Shown in pieces: positions 37,627 to 45,583 of a stretch of 64,000 nt of DNA. Under the pieces are notes generated by a model. That model did no database searches. It saw only the letters and a list, made by a program, of their open reading frames with translations, and was not told where the DNA came from. Made by a program: the position numbers and the translations under genes. How positions within the stretch are numbered: position 1 is the first letter of the stretch; each line of letters starts with the position of its first letter. Source of the DNA: an uncultured virus (IMG/VR IMGVR_UViG_3300042478_001433) (lineage: Duplodnaviria; Heunggongvirae; Uroviricota; Caudoviricetes); the IMG/VR virus record IMGVR_UViG_3300042478_001433. One strand, given 5' to 3'.

Positions 37627-38499
37627 TGGCTGCAGAATCAGCCTTAGCTTGCGTTGCGCACGTTGCGCACGCTGTCTGACGCGCTCTCTGCATACACCAA
37701 GATTGCGGCCAATTTCGGCATAACTTTCTGGTGTTTCACAGCCAATGCCATAGTTTCTACGCACAACATCCCTATCAAAGGGATCTAGGCGAAAAAAAGC
37801 CAGCTGCAGCTGCTCAACGCGCTCACAAATCTCTTCAGGGTTGTGGTCTTCATCAATGCCGTACTCGTCGGCAATCATGTCCAGTATTGTGCTACCATCT
37901 TCGGTGATCAGTGCATCTAGGCTTCGGTGTGGCCTATTGCGCTCCATCAGCATCAATAGCTCATCTGTTTTGATGTTGAGGATGTCGGCCACTTCGCGGA
38001 CAGTAGGCGTGCGGCCATTGGCTTGCGCAAACTCACGTTGGGTTTTGGCAGCAGCGTAAGTTTTCTCTAGCGCGTGTTGCGGCACTCGAATCAACCGCTC
38101 TTTGGTATCAATGGCGCGGGTAATGGCTTGGCGAATCCACCAGTAGGCATAAGTAGAAAACTTATACCCTTTAGTGCCGTCAAACATCTCCGCGGCACGA
38201 TGCAGGCCCAGTGCTCCTTCTTGGATCAAGTCCATTAGATCCATGTTGTTGGACTGCAGCCGGGTGACGTACCGCTTGGAGATATGAACCACCAAGCGCA
38301 AGTTGCAATTGATGATCATGTCACGCGCGCGAATGCCAACGCGGATCTCGCGTTGTTCTTGCTTGGTGCGTTCGCCTTTGGCGTCACGCAGCTCAAGGTA
38401 TCGCCGCACTTGACGCGACAGTTGAATTTCCTGCTCAGCCGACAGCAATGGATATCGGCCGATGGCGGTGAGGTACTGCTTGAACGAGTCGGGCGTCAT
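37612..38499 (-). CDS. RpoD/group-2-like sigma70 factor
   Basis: YLTAIGRYPLLSAEQE, NLRLVV, DLIQEG, KGYKFSTYAYWWIRQAITRAI and RERVRQ motifs. Confidence 0.93.
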   Translation of the reverse strand: MTPDSFKQYLTAIGRYPLLSAEQEIQLSRQVRRYLELRDAKGERTKQEQREIRVGIRARDMIINCNLRLVVHISKRYVTRLQSNNMDLMDLIQEGALGLHRAAEMFDGTKGYKFSTYAYWWIRQAITRAIDTKERLIRVPQHALEKTYAAAKTQREFAQANGRTPTVREVADILNIKTDELLMLMERNRPHRSLDALITEDGSTILDMIADEYGIDEDHNPEEICERVEQLQLAFFRLDPFDRDVVRRNYGIGCETPESYAEIGRNLGVCRERVRQRAQRAQRKLRLILQPSLVA

Positions 38500-38609
38500 T
38501 TCGGGGTGTTATGCTGTTGATCCAATGACTTTCGGAGTCACTGGGCATTCCGTAGTTGGGAGAGGCTGCGGTGAGGCTGGCACCTCGTGAGGACCGGCCA
38601 CCTTTCCCC

Positions 38610-38843
38610 CTAATTAGTGGCGTCGCAGTGGTCAAAGTAAAACCCCTGCAACCGTTGAACGATATCATGCGCAGCCGTTAGCTGCTGAAAAAAGTCATCG
38701 TTTACAAGGTAGCTAGTGCTGCGCTCTTGGCAGTCGTAGCACTCATGTCGCCTGCGCTTGGCGCGGTTGTTGTAGGTGCGCTCTTGCAATACCAGCCGCA
38801 TCCGGCCATTGCATTTAGGGCACCGCTGCTCGCCAATGTTCAT
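38610..38843 (-). CDS. Zn-ribbon protein (NrdR N-terminal-like)
   Basis: CPKC...RRRHECYDC..R.TSY motif. Confidence 0.7.
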   Translation of the reverse strand: MNIGEQRCPKCNGRMRLVLQERTYNNRAKRRRHECYDCQERSTSYLVNDDFFQQLTAAHDIVQRLQGFYFDHCDATN

Positions 38844-38929
38844 GGCAGCAGCTTCGACGCCAGCCATAGCGCCAGGCAGCACGTCACGACGTAGACGACC
38901 AGAAGCTCGAACATCAGGGGCAGCGTCAT
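38840..38929 (-). CDS. 29-aa hydrophobic peptide
   Basis: ATGA overlaps at both ends; MTLPLMFELLVVYVVTCCLALWLASKLLP. Confidence 0.5.
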   Translation of the reverse strand: MTLPLMFELLVVYVVTCCLALWLASKLLP

Positions 38930-39081
38930 TGCCCCTCCAGCTTGGTGACAGCAGTCTTCAGCTCTTGCATCTCGCGGTAGATGAAATAATCCTCAGGGTC
39001 GTCATAGTTCCGGTCCAGCGCCTGGTCTACTGCAGTCTGAGCTAAGAACAACAGTCTGTCGATCAGTTCGCGGTCAGTCAT
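38926..39081 (-). CDS. Hypothetical protein
   Basis: Coupled small ORF MTDRELIDRLL. Confidence 0.6.
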   Translation of the reverse strand: MTDRELIDRLLFLAQTAVDQALDRNYDDPEDYFIYREMQELKTAVTKLEGQ

Positions 39082-39274
39082 TGGCACCCTCCAGCTCGGC
39101 GGCGATGGCGATGAGTTCATCTGCATCGCACTCCCACACGTCATGGCCGTGGTTTTGCTGGGTGCAAGCAACAGCAGCGCGAAGGGCACCGGCAATAGAT
39201 GGCCCATCCATAAGAGTTGGCACAGCGCGAAACCCATTCAACACCGCCTGTGCAGCGGGAGATAGCTCAGTCAT
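39074..39274 (-). CDS. MT(E/D)LSPAA-family protein
   Basis: Paralog of 40536-40793. Confidence 0.7.
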   Translation of the reverse strand: MTELSPAAQAVLNGFRAVPTLMDGPSIAGALRAAVACTQQNHGHDVWECDADELIAIAAELEGAND

Positions 39275-39717
39275 CACTCACCCTCCTCCTGCGGCACCGG
39301 CAGCGCCCAGTGGGGGAGCCAGTGGGAGAAGGCGTACTTGAGCTGGGGCACTCCAGGATTGTCGATACTGATCAACCTCCAATCTCCATCAACCTTTCCG
39401 CACATCCAGCATCTTCCCTGATCATCGCAATCCTCCGGCCCCGGCAGGCGCTCAGCGACGGGCACCGGCTCGATGGCGGGGCGGCCCCAGCGGACGAGGG
39501 CTTCTTGGATTACCCATTCAACCGACTTGTTTCCTTTAACGCAGTGAAGTGCTAGGTCTTGCATCTCCGCATCACTCGGCCCCTGCGGCTCGGGCTGGGC
39601 CAGGGAAGCGCGAGCGGTATCAAGGCAGATCTCGAAGAGAGTTTTATGCCGCAATGGCCAATTAGCTTTTTCTAAACAGTCAGCAAGCTCAGCGCACAGC
39701 GCACGAAAGTCAGTCAT
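39274..39717 (-). CDS. Hypothetical protein (MTDFRALCAEL...HWLPHWALP)
   Basis: Coupled ORF; ERLP...HWLP resembles DUF551-like ends. Confidence 0.7.
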   Translation of the reverse strand: MTDFRALCAELADCLEKANWPLRHKTLFEICLDTARASLAQPEPQGPSDAEMQDLALHCVKGNKSVEWVIQEALVRWGRPAIEPVPVAERLPGPEDCDDQGRCWMCGKVDGDWRLISIDNPGVPQLKYAFSHWLPHWALPVPQEEGE

Positions 39718-39989
39718 TAGTTCAAATCCTCGTCATAAACTTTGCAGATAAACATCCCATCTTTTGCAAAACCACGCGCAGCAGCACCGCTTATCGCTGC
39801 ATTCGCGTGTTCGCAAAGTGGCAGCAAGCGCTCAGCAATCTCGGCTAACCCGTAGAAGTCAACACCGAAGTCGTTGATGCATTTCTGCTTAAGCGCTTCA
39901 GTCTCCTCATCGGTCTCAGGTTCAGGTTTGCCGATCATTGCAGCAAACAATTCGATAGCTTCAAAGTCGTGAACAGTTGTTTTACGCAT
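39717..39989 (-). CDS. Hypothetical protein
   Basis: Coupled ORF MRKTTVHDF. Confidence 0.6.
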   Translation of the reverse strand: MRKTTVHDFEAIELFAAMIGKPEPETDEETEALKQKCINDFGVDFYGLAEIAERLLPLCEHANAAISGAAARGFAKDGMFICKVYDEDLN

Positions 39990-40299
39990 CGAGATTCTCC
40001 GATTTGTAGGGTCCAGTGGGTTGGCCGTGTTCGTCAGTAAAACCAGCTTCAAAAAGAAACTGCCTGGCAGCATCCTTATCGCCAGCTAAGGCGCGTTCCA
40101 TCAGTGTTGGAGCGGTAAGCTCAACGGCCATGTCTTCTAAGGTTGAACACCGAACACCTACAAGGGTGGTGTCATCGCTGTAGCTCTCCCAAGCGTCAGC
40201 CAAAAGAGTAAGTACATTAGCGATGCCATGGCGCGTGTCCTGGCCGTATTCAAACTCTTCAATCAAGCGCTGAGCGCGTTGGGTTAGGTGGTCAGTCAT
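39982..40299 (-). CDS. Hypothetical protein
   Basis: Coupled ORF MTDHLTQRAQ. Confidence 0.6.
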   Translation of the reverse strand: MTDHLTQRAQRLIEEFEYGQDTRHGIANVLTLLADAWESYSDDTTLVGVRCSTLEDMAVELTAPTLMERALAGDKDAARQFLFEAGFTDEHGQPTGPYKSENLDA

Positions 40300-40543
40300 T
40301 TTGAGCGGCAGCAAATAGGTTGGTAGCAATCTGATTGCGATGCTTCTGTGTTTTCCAGACAAGCTCGATGTAAGCATTTATGACGGAAGCGGCAAGAAGA
40401 CGGTCTTCCATGCCAAAGCAGTAATCCTTTCGTGTGTACCTGAGCGCGTGCTCCAAGTCACGCAGTCGGCTACCAGGAATGGGCCATACCGTTCCATCAA
40501 AGTGAACAAACGGACTGCCTTCATGGATGGTGAAATCAGCCAT
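40292..40543 (-). CDS. Hypothetical protein
   Basis: Coupled ORF MADFTIHEGS. Confidence 0.6.
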   Translation of the reverse strand: MADFTIHEGSPFVHFDGTVWPIPGSRLRDLEHALRYTRKDYCFGMEDRLLAASVINAYIELVWKTQKHRNQIATNLFAAAQND

Positions 40544-40793
40544 TGCACTTACCCTCCAGCTCGGCGGCGATAACGAGAAGCTGATCGCGCACCTTGCAAC
40601 GATTGCGAATGGCGGCAAGTGAAAAGGATCCTTTGTCGATGTCATTAGGCTCCGGCACCACTTGATCCGCAGCGGCACGGAGGGCGGCGGCGAGGCAGGC
40701 CTCCTGCCAGTTGCCCTCAAGAGGACCGAGCAACTCATGTCGCTCATCAAACGCTTGCACAATGGTGCGCGCGGCGGGGGAGAGGTCAGTCAT
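40536..40793 (-). CDS. MT(E/D)LSPAA-family protein
   Basis: Shares LSPAA, ALRAA and IAAELEG with 39074-39274. Confidence 0.7.
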   Translation of the reverse strand: MTDLSPAARTIVQAFDERHELLGPLEGNWQEACLAAALRAAADQVVPEPNDIDKGSFSLAAIRNRCKVRDQLLVIAAELEGKCNG

Positions 40794-40998
40794 CGAGCTG
40801 CTCCGCTTTGATGCCGTGCTTGAGAATCCACTCTGTTATCTCACCCATCTCGTCGGTAGTAACTAGCCGCTCTACTTGAACTCGAACGAGTTGGTCGGGT
40901 TCAACAAGCAAGCGAAGTCCTATAACGGCTTTGTGCGAAATGCCGAAAGCATCAAGCAGCCCTCGTATTTCTTGGCTGTGGCCTGACATGTAAGTCAT
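40786..40998 (-). CDS. Hypothetical protein
   Basis: Coupled ORF. Confidence 0.6.
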   Translation of the reverse strand: MTYMSGHSQEIRGLLDAFGISHKAVIGLRLLVEPDQLVRVQVERLVTTDEMGEITEWILKHGIKAEQLDD

Positions 40999-41330
40999 TC
41001 AGGTAGCGCCTCCAGTGCGCGGCGGATGGGTTCGGCCATTGCTATCGCTCCCTCCGTGGGAATAAGAGCAATCAAGCGGTCAAGCTCTACTTGAGCCTGT
41101 TCCTTCAAGCTCGGTGGCTTGGGGCGGCGGGATGCACGTAGGGGTACGGTGTAGCCCCTACTGGCAAACCACTCACAGCAAGCTTCTAGCTCTTGGTCGG
41201 CGCCCCATTGGGCGGCGCGAGCGGCGATGTGTTCGTCGCTCAATGCAACTCGAACTGGTGTTCCTTCATGCCAGATTTCGGCCACCCACGCCTGCATCAG
41301 CTCAGTCGGTGGGGTAATAGGATGAGTCAT
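40995..41330 (-). CDS. Hypothetical protein (MTHPITPP...WGADQELEACC)
   Basis: Coupled ORF. Confidence 0.65.
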   Translation of the reverse strand: MTHPITPPTELMQAWVAEIWHEGTPVRVALSDEHIAARAAQWGADQELEACCEWFASRGYTVPLRASRRPKPPSLKEQAQVELDRLIALIPTEGAIAMAEPIRRALEALPE

Positions 41331-41569
41331 TTCCTGGCCTCCTGCTCAAGCCACTCGGCCGCCTCGAGCAGCAGCCGGCGCATGTACCAATCGGCTTTGC
41401 CAAGATCTTCTACGGCATTGCCCTTGTGCTCAGCACGCCATAGGTACTTAAACACTTGGCCCTTGCAGTAAGCCTTAAAACCTTCGGTGCCAAGTGCAGC
41501 CTTAATGGCCTGGATGCATTCAATGTCGCCTTGCTTGTAATGCGGTGGGTGGTTTACTAGGTCGGTCAT
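41327..41569 (-). CDS. DUF3310 (SaV-like) protein
   Basis: DLVNHPPHY...IECI.AI...KYLWR..HK...EDL.KA.WY motif. Confidence 0.88.
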   Translation of the reverse strand: MTDLVNHPPHYKQGDIECIQAIKAALGTEGFKAYCKGQVFKYLWRAEHKGNAVEDLGKADWYMRRLLLEAAEWLEQEARK

Positions 41570-41603
41570 TGTGGAAAGGTGGCCGTTAGGCCACCAGTGC
41601 GCG

Positions 41604-41756
41604 TTAGTTGTCGGTCAAGTTAGGCAGTGCTTCACTGCGCAGTAGCCATGCAGCAAATGCAACGTGGCTAGCAACAGCTTGCTTATTCACTGGTGCCATT
41701 GGGTAAGACTCTGCCCACCAGCGGCGGAATAGCGCCTCAAGATCTGCTTCGCTCAT
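41604..41756 (-). CDS. Small hypothetical protein (MSEADLEALFRRWWAESYP)
   Basis: 50-aa ORF coupled to the ssb stop. Confidence 0.6.
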   Translation of the reverse strand: MSEADLEALFRRWWAESYPMAPVNKQAVASHVAFAAWLLRSEALPNLTDN

Positions 41757-42100
41757 CAGAATGCAGGCTCCTCAACTTGCGTGGCGCGAGGCAGAAACTC
41801 AAACCGCTGCACATTAAGCACATGCTTGCTGCGCTTGCCGCCGGTTTCTTTGTCGTTCCACTCTTGGCGCCGGACGTTGCCCGTCACCATGATGGAATCA
41901 CCCTTCTTGCAACGATCAACAACAAGCTCTGCAGACTTGCCCCACATTTCAATGTCAATCACATTATTGATGTAATTGCCATCCTTGTCCTTGCCCTCTT
42001 GAATGCCACCTGCAAAGTTGGCAACCATGCTGCCGCTTTCAAAAGCACGCAGCTGAGGATCAGAAATGATGCGAACGATACCGGATGCGTAAAGGCTCAT
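41756..42100 (-). CDS. ssb: Single-stranded DNA-binding protein
   Basis: OB fold (DPQLR, WGKSAE, KKGD.I.VTG, W.DKETG) with acidic C-terminus EEPAF. Confidence 0.88.
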   Translation of the reverse strand: MSLYASGIVRIISDPQLRAFESGSMVANFAGGIQEGKDKDGNYINNVIDIEMWGKSAELVVDRCKKGDSIMVTGNVRRQEWNDKETGGKRSKHVLNVQRFEFLPRATQVEEPAF

Positions 42101-42309
42101 GGCAGTGGTGTGATGTTATTGGCCTCTTCAAAGGCCAGGATTTGAGATAGCGGGTACCGCACCCGTGGCGTACCGGCTGGAAAGCCGATGCGCGGGATGG
42201 TGTAGTACCTAGGGCCAATGCCGCGCGCGCGTTGGTTTTTGATGGCTGATGGCTTCAGCCCCCATCGCGTGGCCAATTGATCATTGGTCAGGTACGGCTC
42301 AGTTATCAA
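42097..42309 (-). CDS. HTH_17/excisionase-like DNA-binding protein
   Basis: YLTNDQLATRWG...R..G.GPRY...VRY; start uncertain (TTG). Confidence 0.7.
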   Translation of the reverse strand: MITEPYLTNDQLATRWGLKPSAIKNQRARGIGPRYYTIPRIGFPAGTPRVRYPLSQILAFEEANNITPLP

Positions 42310-43042
42310 ATGGATCCTCAATAGCGGGCTCTAGCTCAGCCTCCTTGGCCAGTGCTAGTTCTATGAGCTGCTGGTTCTGCTCATCGTTTAGATCAGGCTT
42401 GCGCTTGTCCATGCGTGCAACAACCTCTTGCAGCTTGTCCATCGTGTCGGCTTTGGCAATAGCAGCCTTGCCGGCTTGGAACAGCTTGGCATCGCCTGCA
42501 GGCGATGCGGCAACCGTGACTGGTTGCACTTCGGCCTGTTCCATCTCGTCGGTGCTGTAGACACCTGAGAGGTCAGCAGGAAATGCCTTGCGCAACGCAA
42601 GCGCCTCGCTGCACTTAGCGATCATTGCGGCGGGCATCTTGGACCACAGGCCCTGTCCGGCGTTGTAGTCGGCAAACCGCGCCACACCGACAAACGGATG
42701 GCTGGCACCCTTGCGGTGAATGATCGTCTTGGCCGCGGCAGGTGGCTTGCTGCCAAGCCACACGTCAGCCCATTGGCCATCTTCGCCACACCAGTACGTC
42801 TCTGAGCCGTCGAGCTGGCCGGTACGTTCGGCGATGCTGCGGAGGCCGTCGATGCCGGCCTGGATGGTCATGCGCCCACTGCGTCGGATGGCGTAGATCT
42901 GCTTTGAAAACGGATCCAAACCTGTCCGCTGGCAGGCATAGGCGAACAGGCGCAGCTCGTCAACGCTGCAGCCTGGCGCGATTGTGGTGCTGATCAGTTG
43001 CGTCTGCTCTGGGGTCCAGAGCGCAAGTGAGCTAGAAGTCAT
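42299..43042 (-). CDS. bet: Phage recombinase Bet (single-strand annealing protein)
   Basis: GLDPFSKQIY, GIDGLRSIAERTG, W.KMP..MIAKC.EA.ALRKAFP motifs. Confidence 0.9.
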   Translation of the reverse strand: MTSSSLALWTPEQTQLISTTIAPGCSVDELRLFAYACQRTGLDPFSKQIYAIRRSGRMTIQAGIDGLRSIAERTGQLDGSETYWCGEDGQWADVWLGSKPPAAAKTIIHRKGASHPFVGVARFADYNAGQGLWSKMPAAMIAKCSEALALRKAFPADLSGVYSTDEMEQAEVQPVTVAASPAGDAKLFQAGKAAIAKADTMDKLQEVVARMDKRKPDLNDEQNQQLIELALAKEAELEPAIEDPFDN

Positions 43043-43820
43043 CAGATGTCATGGTTGGGGTAGTGCCAAGTGCCCAGCTGGGCAAGCTCAGCGTTTCGCA
43101 GATGGTGCTATAGCCAGGCCACTCATCAATGGCACGGCAGTCGGCAATGGTCTGCAGGTTCTGGCGCCGTAGCGCTTCACCTGCCTTCATCGCCTCCGCA
43201 TCCAGCTCGTAGACGGCGACACAGAACGGATAGGTCTTCTCCACTGCGATGAAGAGAAACCGATCTGCGGGAACACCGGCCAAGTAGTGGTCGGCTTGGA
43301 CATGGTAGCGGAAGGATGCGACAGATCGCGCAAAGGCTGCCGGGCTGGCATCCGTGGTGGTCTTGAGGTCAACCACTGTCGAGCCATCAAACCAGTCCGG
43401 GCGGCACTTGCAGCGCAAGCCGGATTGCGCATCATCAAACCAAAAGGATTGCTCGGCCTTGCCATGGGACAGCAGTGCCGCGGCGTAAGGGTGCTGACGC
43501 ACCGCAGACGCCATAGCCATGGCCTGCTCCATGTCGGATGCAGTCACGGCCTCGATGCCGGATGCTTCCATCTCGGCAGCCATCTCCTTGCCAGCTTTGG
43601 TATTACGCGGCAGGCAGACGGCATAGCGCTTGGCTAGCTCGTCTGGCTCGAGTACAGCGCAATGCACCAAGCTGCCTAGCTTCATCGCTGCGGTCTGCAC
43701 CGACGGCGGCCGCTGCGGGTTGAGATACCGAGCCCAGTAGTGATAGGGGCTGGCGGCAACGGCGTGCAGGTGGCTAGCGCTAACGGCTGGATCAGCGTGG
43801 TATTCAGCGTTGCTGGTCAT
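43032..43820 (-). CDS. RecE/exonuclease VIII-like PD-(D/E)XK nuclease
   Basis: EYHADPAVSAS, CKCRPD, VDLKTT, YHVQA..Y and AVEK motifs. Confidence 0.88.
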   Translation of the reverse strand: MTSNAEYHADPAVSASHLHAVAASPYHYWARYLNPQRPPSVQTAAMKLGSLVHCAVLEPDELAKRYAVCLPRNTKAGKEMAAEMEASGIEAVTASDMEQAMAMASAVRQHPYAAALLSHGKAEQSFWFDDAQSGLRCKCRPDWFDGSTVVDLKTTTDASPAAFARSVASFRYHVQADHYLAGVPADRFLFIAVEKTYPFCVAVYELDAEAMKAGEALRRQNLQTIADCRAIDEWPGYSTICETLSLPSWALGTTPTMTSDDF

Positions 43821-44008
43821 GCTGCTCTCAGCTGGCGGTGCAGGTGCGTTTGCGGGCCGTAGCACTGCTGCAGTTCTGGGAATGCAAGCAGCACACGCTG
43901 TTTGTTTTCAGGATCGGCGTGCAGTGTCGCCTCAGCCAAGCGGCGGTAGAAACCGCCGCTGTGGTGGATAGCCGTCTGCAGCGTCCAGTAGGTGTCGTTG
44001 GTGGTCAT
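43817..44008 (-). CDS. Hypothetical protein (GGFY..LAEA..HADPENK.R...AFPE)
   Basis: Coupled ORF. Confidence 0.7.
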   Translation of the reverse strand: MTTNDTYWTLQTAIHHSGGFYRRLAEATLHADPENKQRVLLAFPELQQCYGPQTHLHRQLRAA

Positions 44009-44130
44009 GGCTTCAGCTGCTGCTGGCAAGCGTGGTGAGCCTGCACCTGCTGTTTGCCGGTGTCATATGCCATGGCAGCAATGCCAAAGATGATGGCCAG
44101 CATTGCGAGTCGGTCGATGGTCTTGATCAT
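44005..44130 (-). CDS. Small membrane peptide (MIKTIDRLAMLAIIFGIAAMAY)
   Basis: 41-aa ORF coupled to the downstream gene. Confidence 0.6.
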   Translation of the reverse strand: MIKTIDRLAMLAIIFGIAAMAYDTGKQQVQAHHACQQQLKP

Positions 44131-44150
44131 GGTTCTCGAGTTGGGGTGAT

Positions 44151-44180
44151 GCCGGATTGGGTGCGGCTCCGGCGGGCCGC
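44151..44180 (-). promoter_or_regulatory. H-type RNA pseudoknot
   Basis: GCGGC-CC-GCCGGA-GCCGC-ACCCAA-UCCGGC: perfect 5-bp and 6-bp stems. Confidence 0.6.
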
Positions 44181-44187
44181 GTGGGGG

Positions 44188-44361
44188 TCAGCTTGCTAGG
44201 CGCTTAGCGCGGGCTGCCATTGCGCCAGCCATGATATAGGTGTCGTATTCGCGCTGATAGCGGTGGTAGTCGGCCATGCTCGGCCACCGCAGTGAAGTGC
44301 CAAATTGCTCCTTGCGAAGCTGAGCGCAGTGGAGAATGTTGTGCCAGTCAGAGGCGTTCAT
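44188..44361 (-). CDS. Small hypothetical protein (MNASDWHNILH)
   Basis: 57-aa ORF downstream of promoter 44404-44431 and a GNRA hairpin at 44379-44394. Confidence 0.55.
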   Translation of the reverse strand: MNASDWHNILHCAQLRKEQFGTSLRWPSMADYHRYQREYDTYIMAGAMAARAKRLAS

Positions 44362-44403
44362 GTCTTTCGGTTTGGGGTGGAGGCTTTCGCCTCCTGTCCC
44401 AAT

Positions 44404-44431
44404 ATCCTACACCATGCGCCGCCCCGCTCAA
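44404..44431 (-). promoter_or_regulatory. Early promoter TTGAGC-N16-TAGGAT
   Basis: Shares GGCGGCGCATGGTGTA with the promoter at 280-307. Confidence 0.65.
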
Positions 44432-44616
44432 CCGTGGGCAGTCACAATCCGTTGCACACGGCTGCGGCTGATGCCTAGGTGGTCAGCAATGCGGCGTTGC
44501 GTCCAGCCGTAGCTGCGCAGCCGCTTGGCGCGTTGCTCAGTGGACTCAGTGGCCCACAGGATGATGATGATCGGCAGGAGTAGCAGCGCTGCGATCAGTG
44601 CGAGTGTGGTGCTCAT
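44428..44616 (-). CDS. Membrane-anchored HTH protein
   Basis: N-terminal TM helix LALIAALLLLPIIIILW, then GWTQRRIADHLGISRSRVQR. Confidence 0.75.
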   Translation of the reverse strand: MSTTLALIAALLLLPIIIILWATESTEQRAKRLRSYGWTQRRIADHLGISRSRVQRIVTAHG

Positions 44617-44774
44617 GATTCTCGGTTTGGGGTGTTGCGGTGATTGGGATGCCTCTGTGATCGCAGCTCGCTGAGGTGGTAAAAGCTGGCTGTTCTCTTG
44701 TCCACAGCGGAGAATCCGGGGCGCGCTATCCGGCTTATGGCCTAAATCATTGTGCCCCCGAAGGGGCGGTGCCC

Positions 44775-44972
44775 TTAGAACCATTCCTCAAGCGCGGCCT
44801 GGGCGTTGCCCAGATCGTGCTCGATTGAGTCAGCCAGCGCGATGGCTTCTTGGGCCATTGCGAGCAGCTGCTCGGTGGAGCGGCTCCACGCCTCGAAGGC
44901 CGCATCCACCTCAGCGATTAACGCTGCGGTTTCGGCCTCGCGGGCGAGGGCGTTGCGGGTGATGTCGTCCAT
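44775..44972 (-). CDS. Small acidic early protein
   Basis: GGAG RBS; first gene after the leader; its 5' end is also present at 1-50. Confidence 0.7.
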   Translation of the reverse strand: MDDITRNALAREAETAALIAEVDAAFEAWSRSTEQLLAMAQEAIALADSIEHDLGNAQAALEEWF

Positions 44973-45202
44973 GGGATCTCCGGTTGGTGGGTGAGCCCCC
45001 GGCGGGACTCATGGGTGCCGGGTGAAGGCCACCACCGGAGCGGGACGACTCCCGCGAGTATTCGGTTTTCAAGGATCAATGGTGTGCCGGGCCAACCGGC
45101 AGTGCAGCCTTACTTAGGGCGTGTTGGGCTCGTGGTGACGCGTCGTGTACCCGGTTCCGCGGAGGTTCGGTTTACCGAGGGATCCTCTCCCCTCGTGATA
45201 CC

Positions 45203-45230
45203 ACTGTACACCATGCACCGCCCTGATCAA
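45203..45230 (-). promoter_or_regulatory. Early promoter TTGATC-N16-TACAGT (unit B)
   Basis: Ortholog of 280-307. Confidence 0.65.
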
Positions 45231-45583
45231 CCCTGTGCAACATCTCTTAACAATGTCTCCGCATCACTGACCGAGCGCGCCACGCCCGCAATGCCGCCAG
45301 CCGCCTGGACTGCATCCATCCACTGCTGCTGCTCAGGGCGCAGCCTGCCGGTTGCGGTCTTGACCTCTATGGATAGGAATACCGCCACGGTGCTGCCGAC
45401 CATCTCGGGCGTAATGGTGACGCGCTTCCAGCCGATCAGGTCAGCGCTGCCCTTGCACAGGCCGAACTGAACCGGGCGGCCATTGGCATCACGCAGCGTG
45501 CCGGTGTTGTTGCGGAACAGGCGCGTGTCACCGTTGCTGCAGGCGATGCGGATCTCTTGCTGGATGGTTTGCTCAGATGCCAT
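45227..45583 (-). CDS. VRR-NUC nuclease (B)
   Basis: Near-identical to 304-660. Confidence 0.85.
   Translation of the reverse strand: MASEQTIQQEIRIACSNGDTRLFRNNTGTLRDANGRPVQFGLCKGSADLIGWKRVTITPEMVGSTVAVFLSIEVKTATGRLRPEQQQWMDAVQAAGGIAGVARSVSDAETLLRDVAQG

Larger units (their letters stand above)
1..44923. mobile_element. Phage genome unit A, apparently complete siphovirus (probable cyanophage)
   Basis: Full set of replication, terminase, portal, capsid, tail, lysis and recombination genes; sequence at position 1 recurs at 44924. Confidence 0.9.

Noticed and set aside
42097..42309. Excisionase-like HTH as evidence of lysogeny
   Set aside because: No integrase, CI-like repressor or att site recognised in the apparently complete unit A.
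44637..45198. tRNA or known self-cleaving ribozyme in the structured intergenic regions
   Set aside because: No T-loop GTTCRA cloverleaf, hammerhead CUGANGA/GAAA core or clear twister/HDV consensus found by eye; an Infernal scan is still needed.
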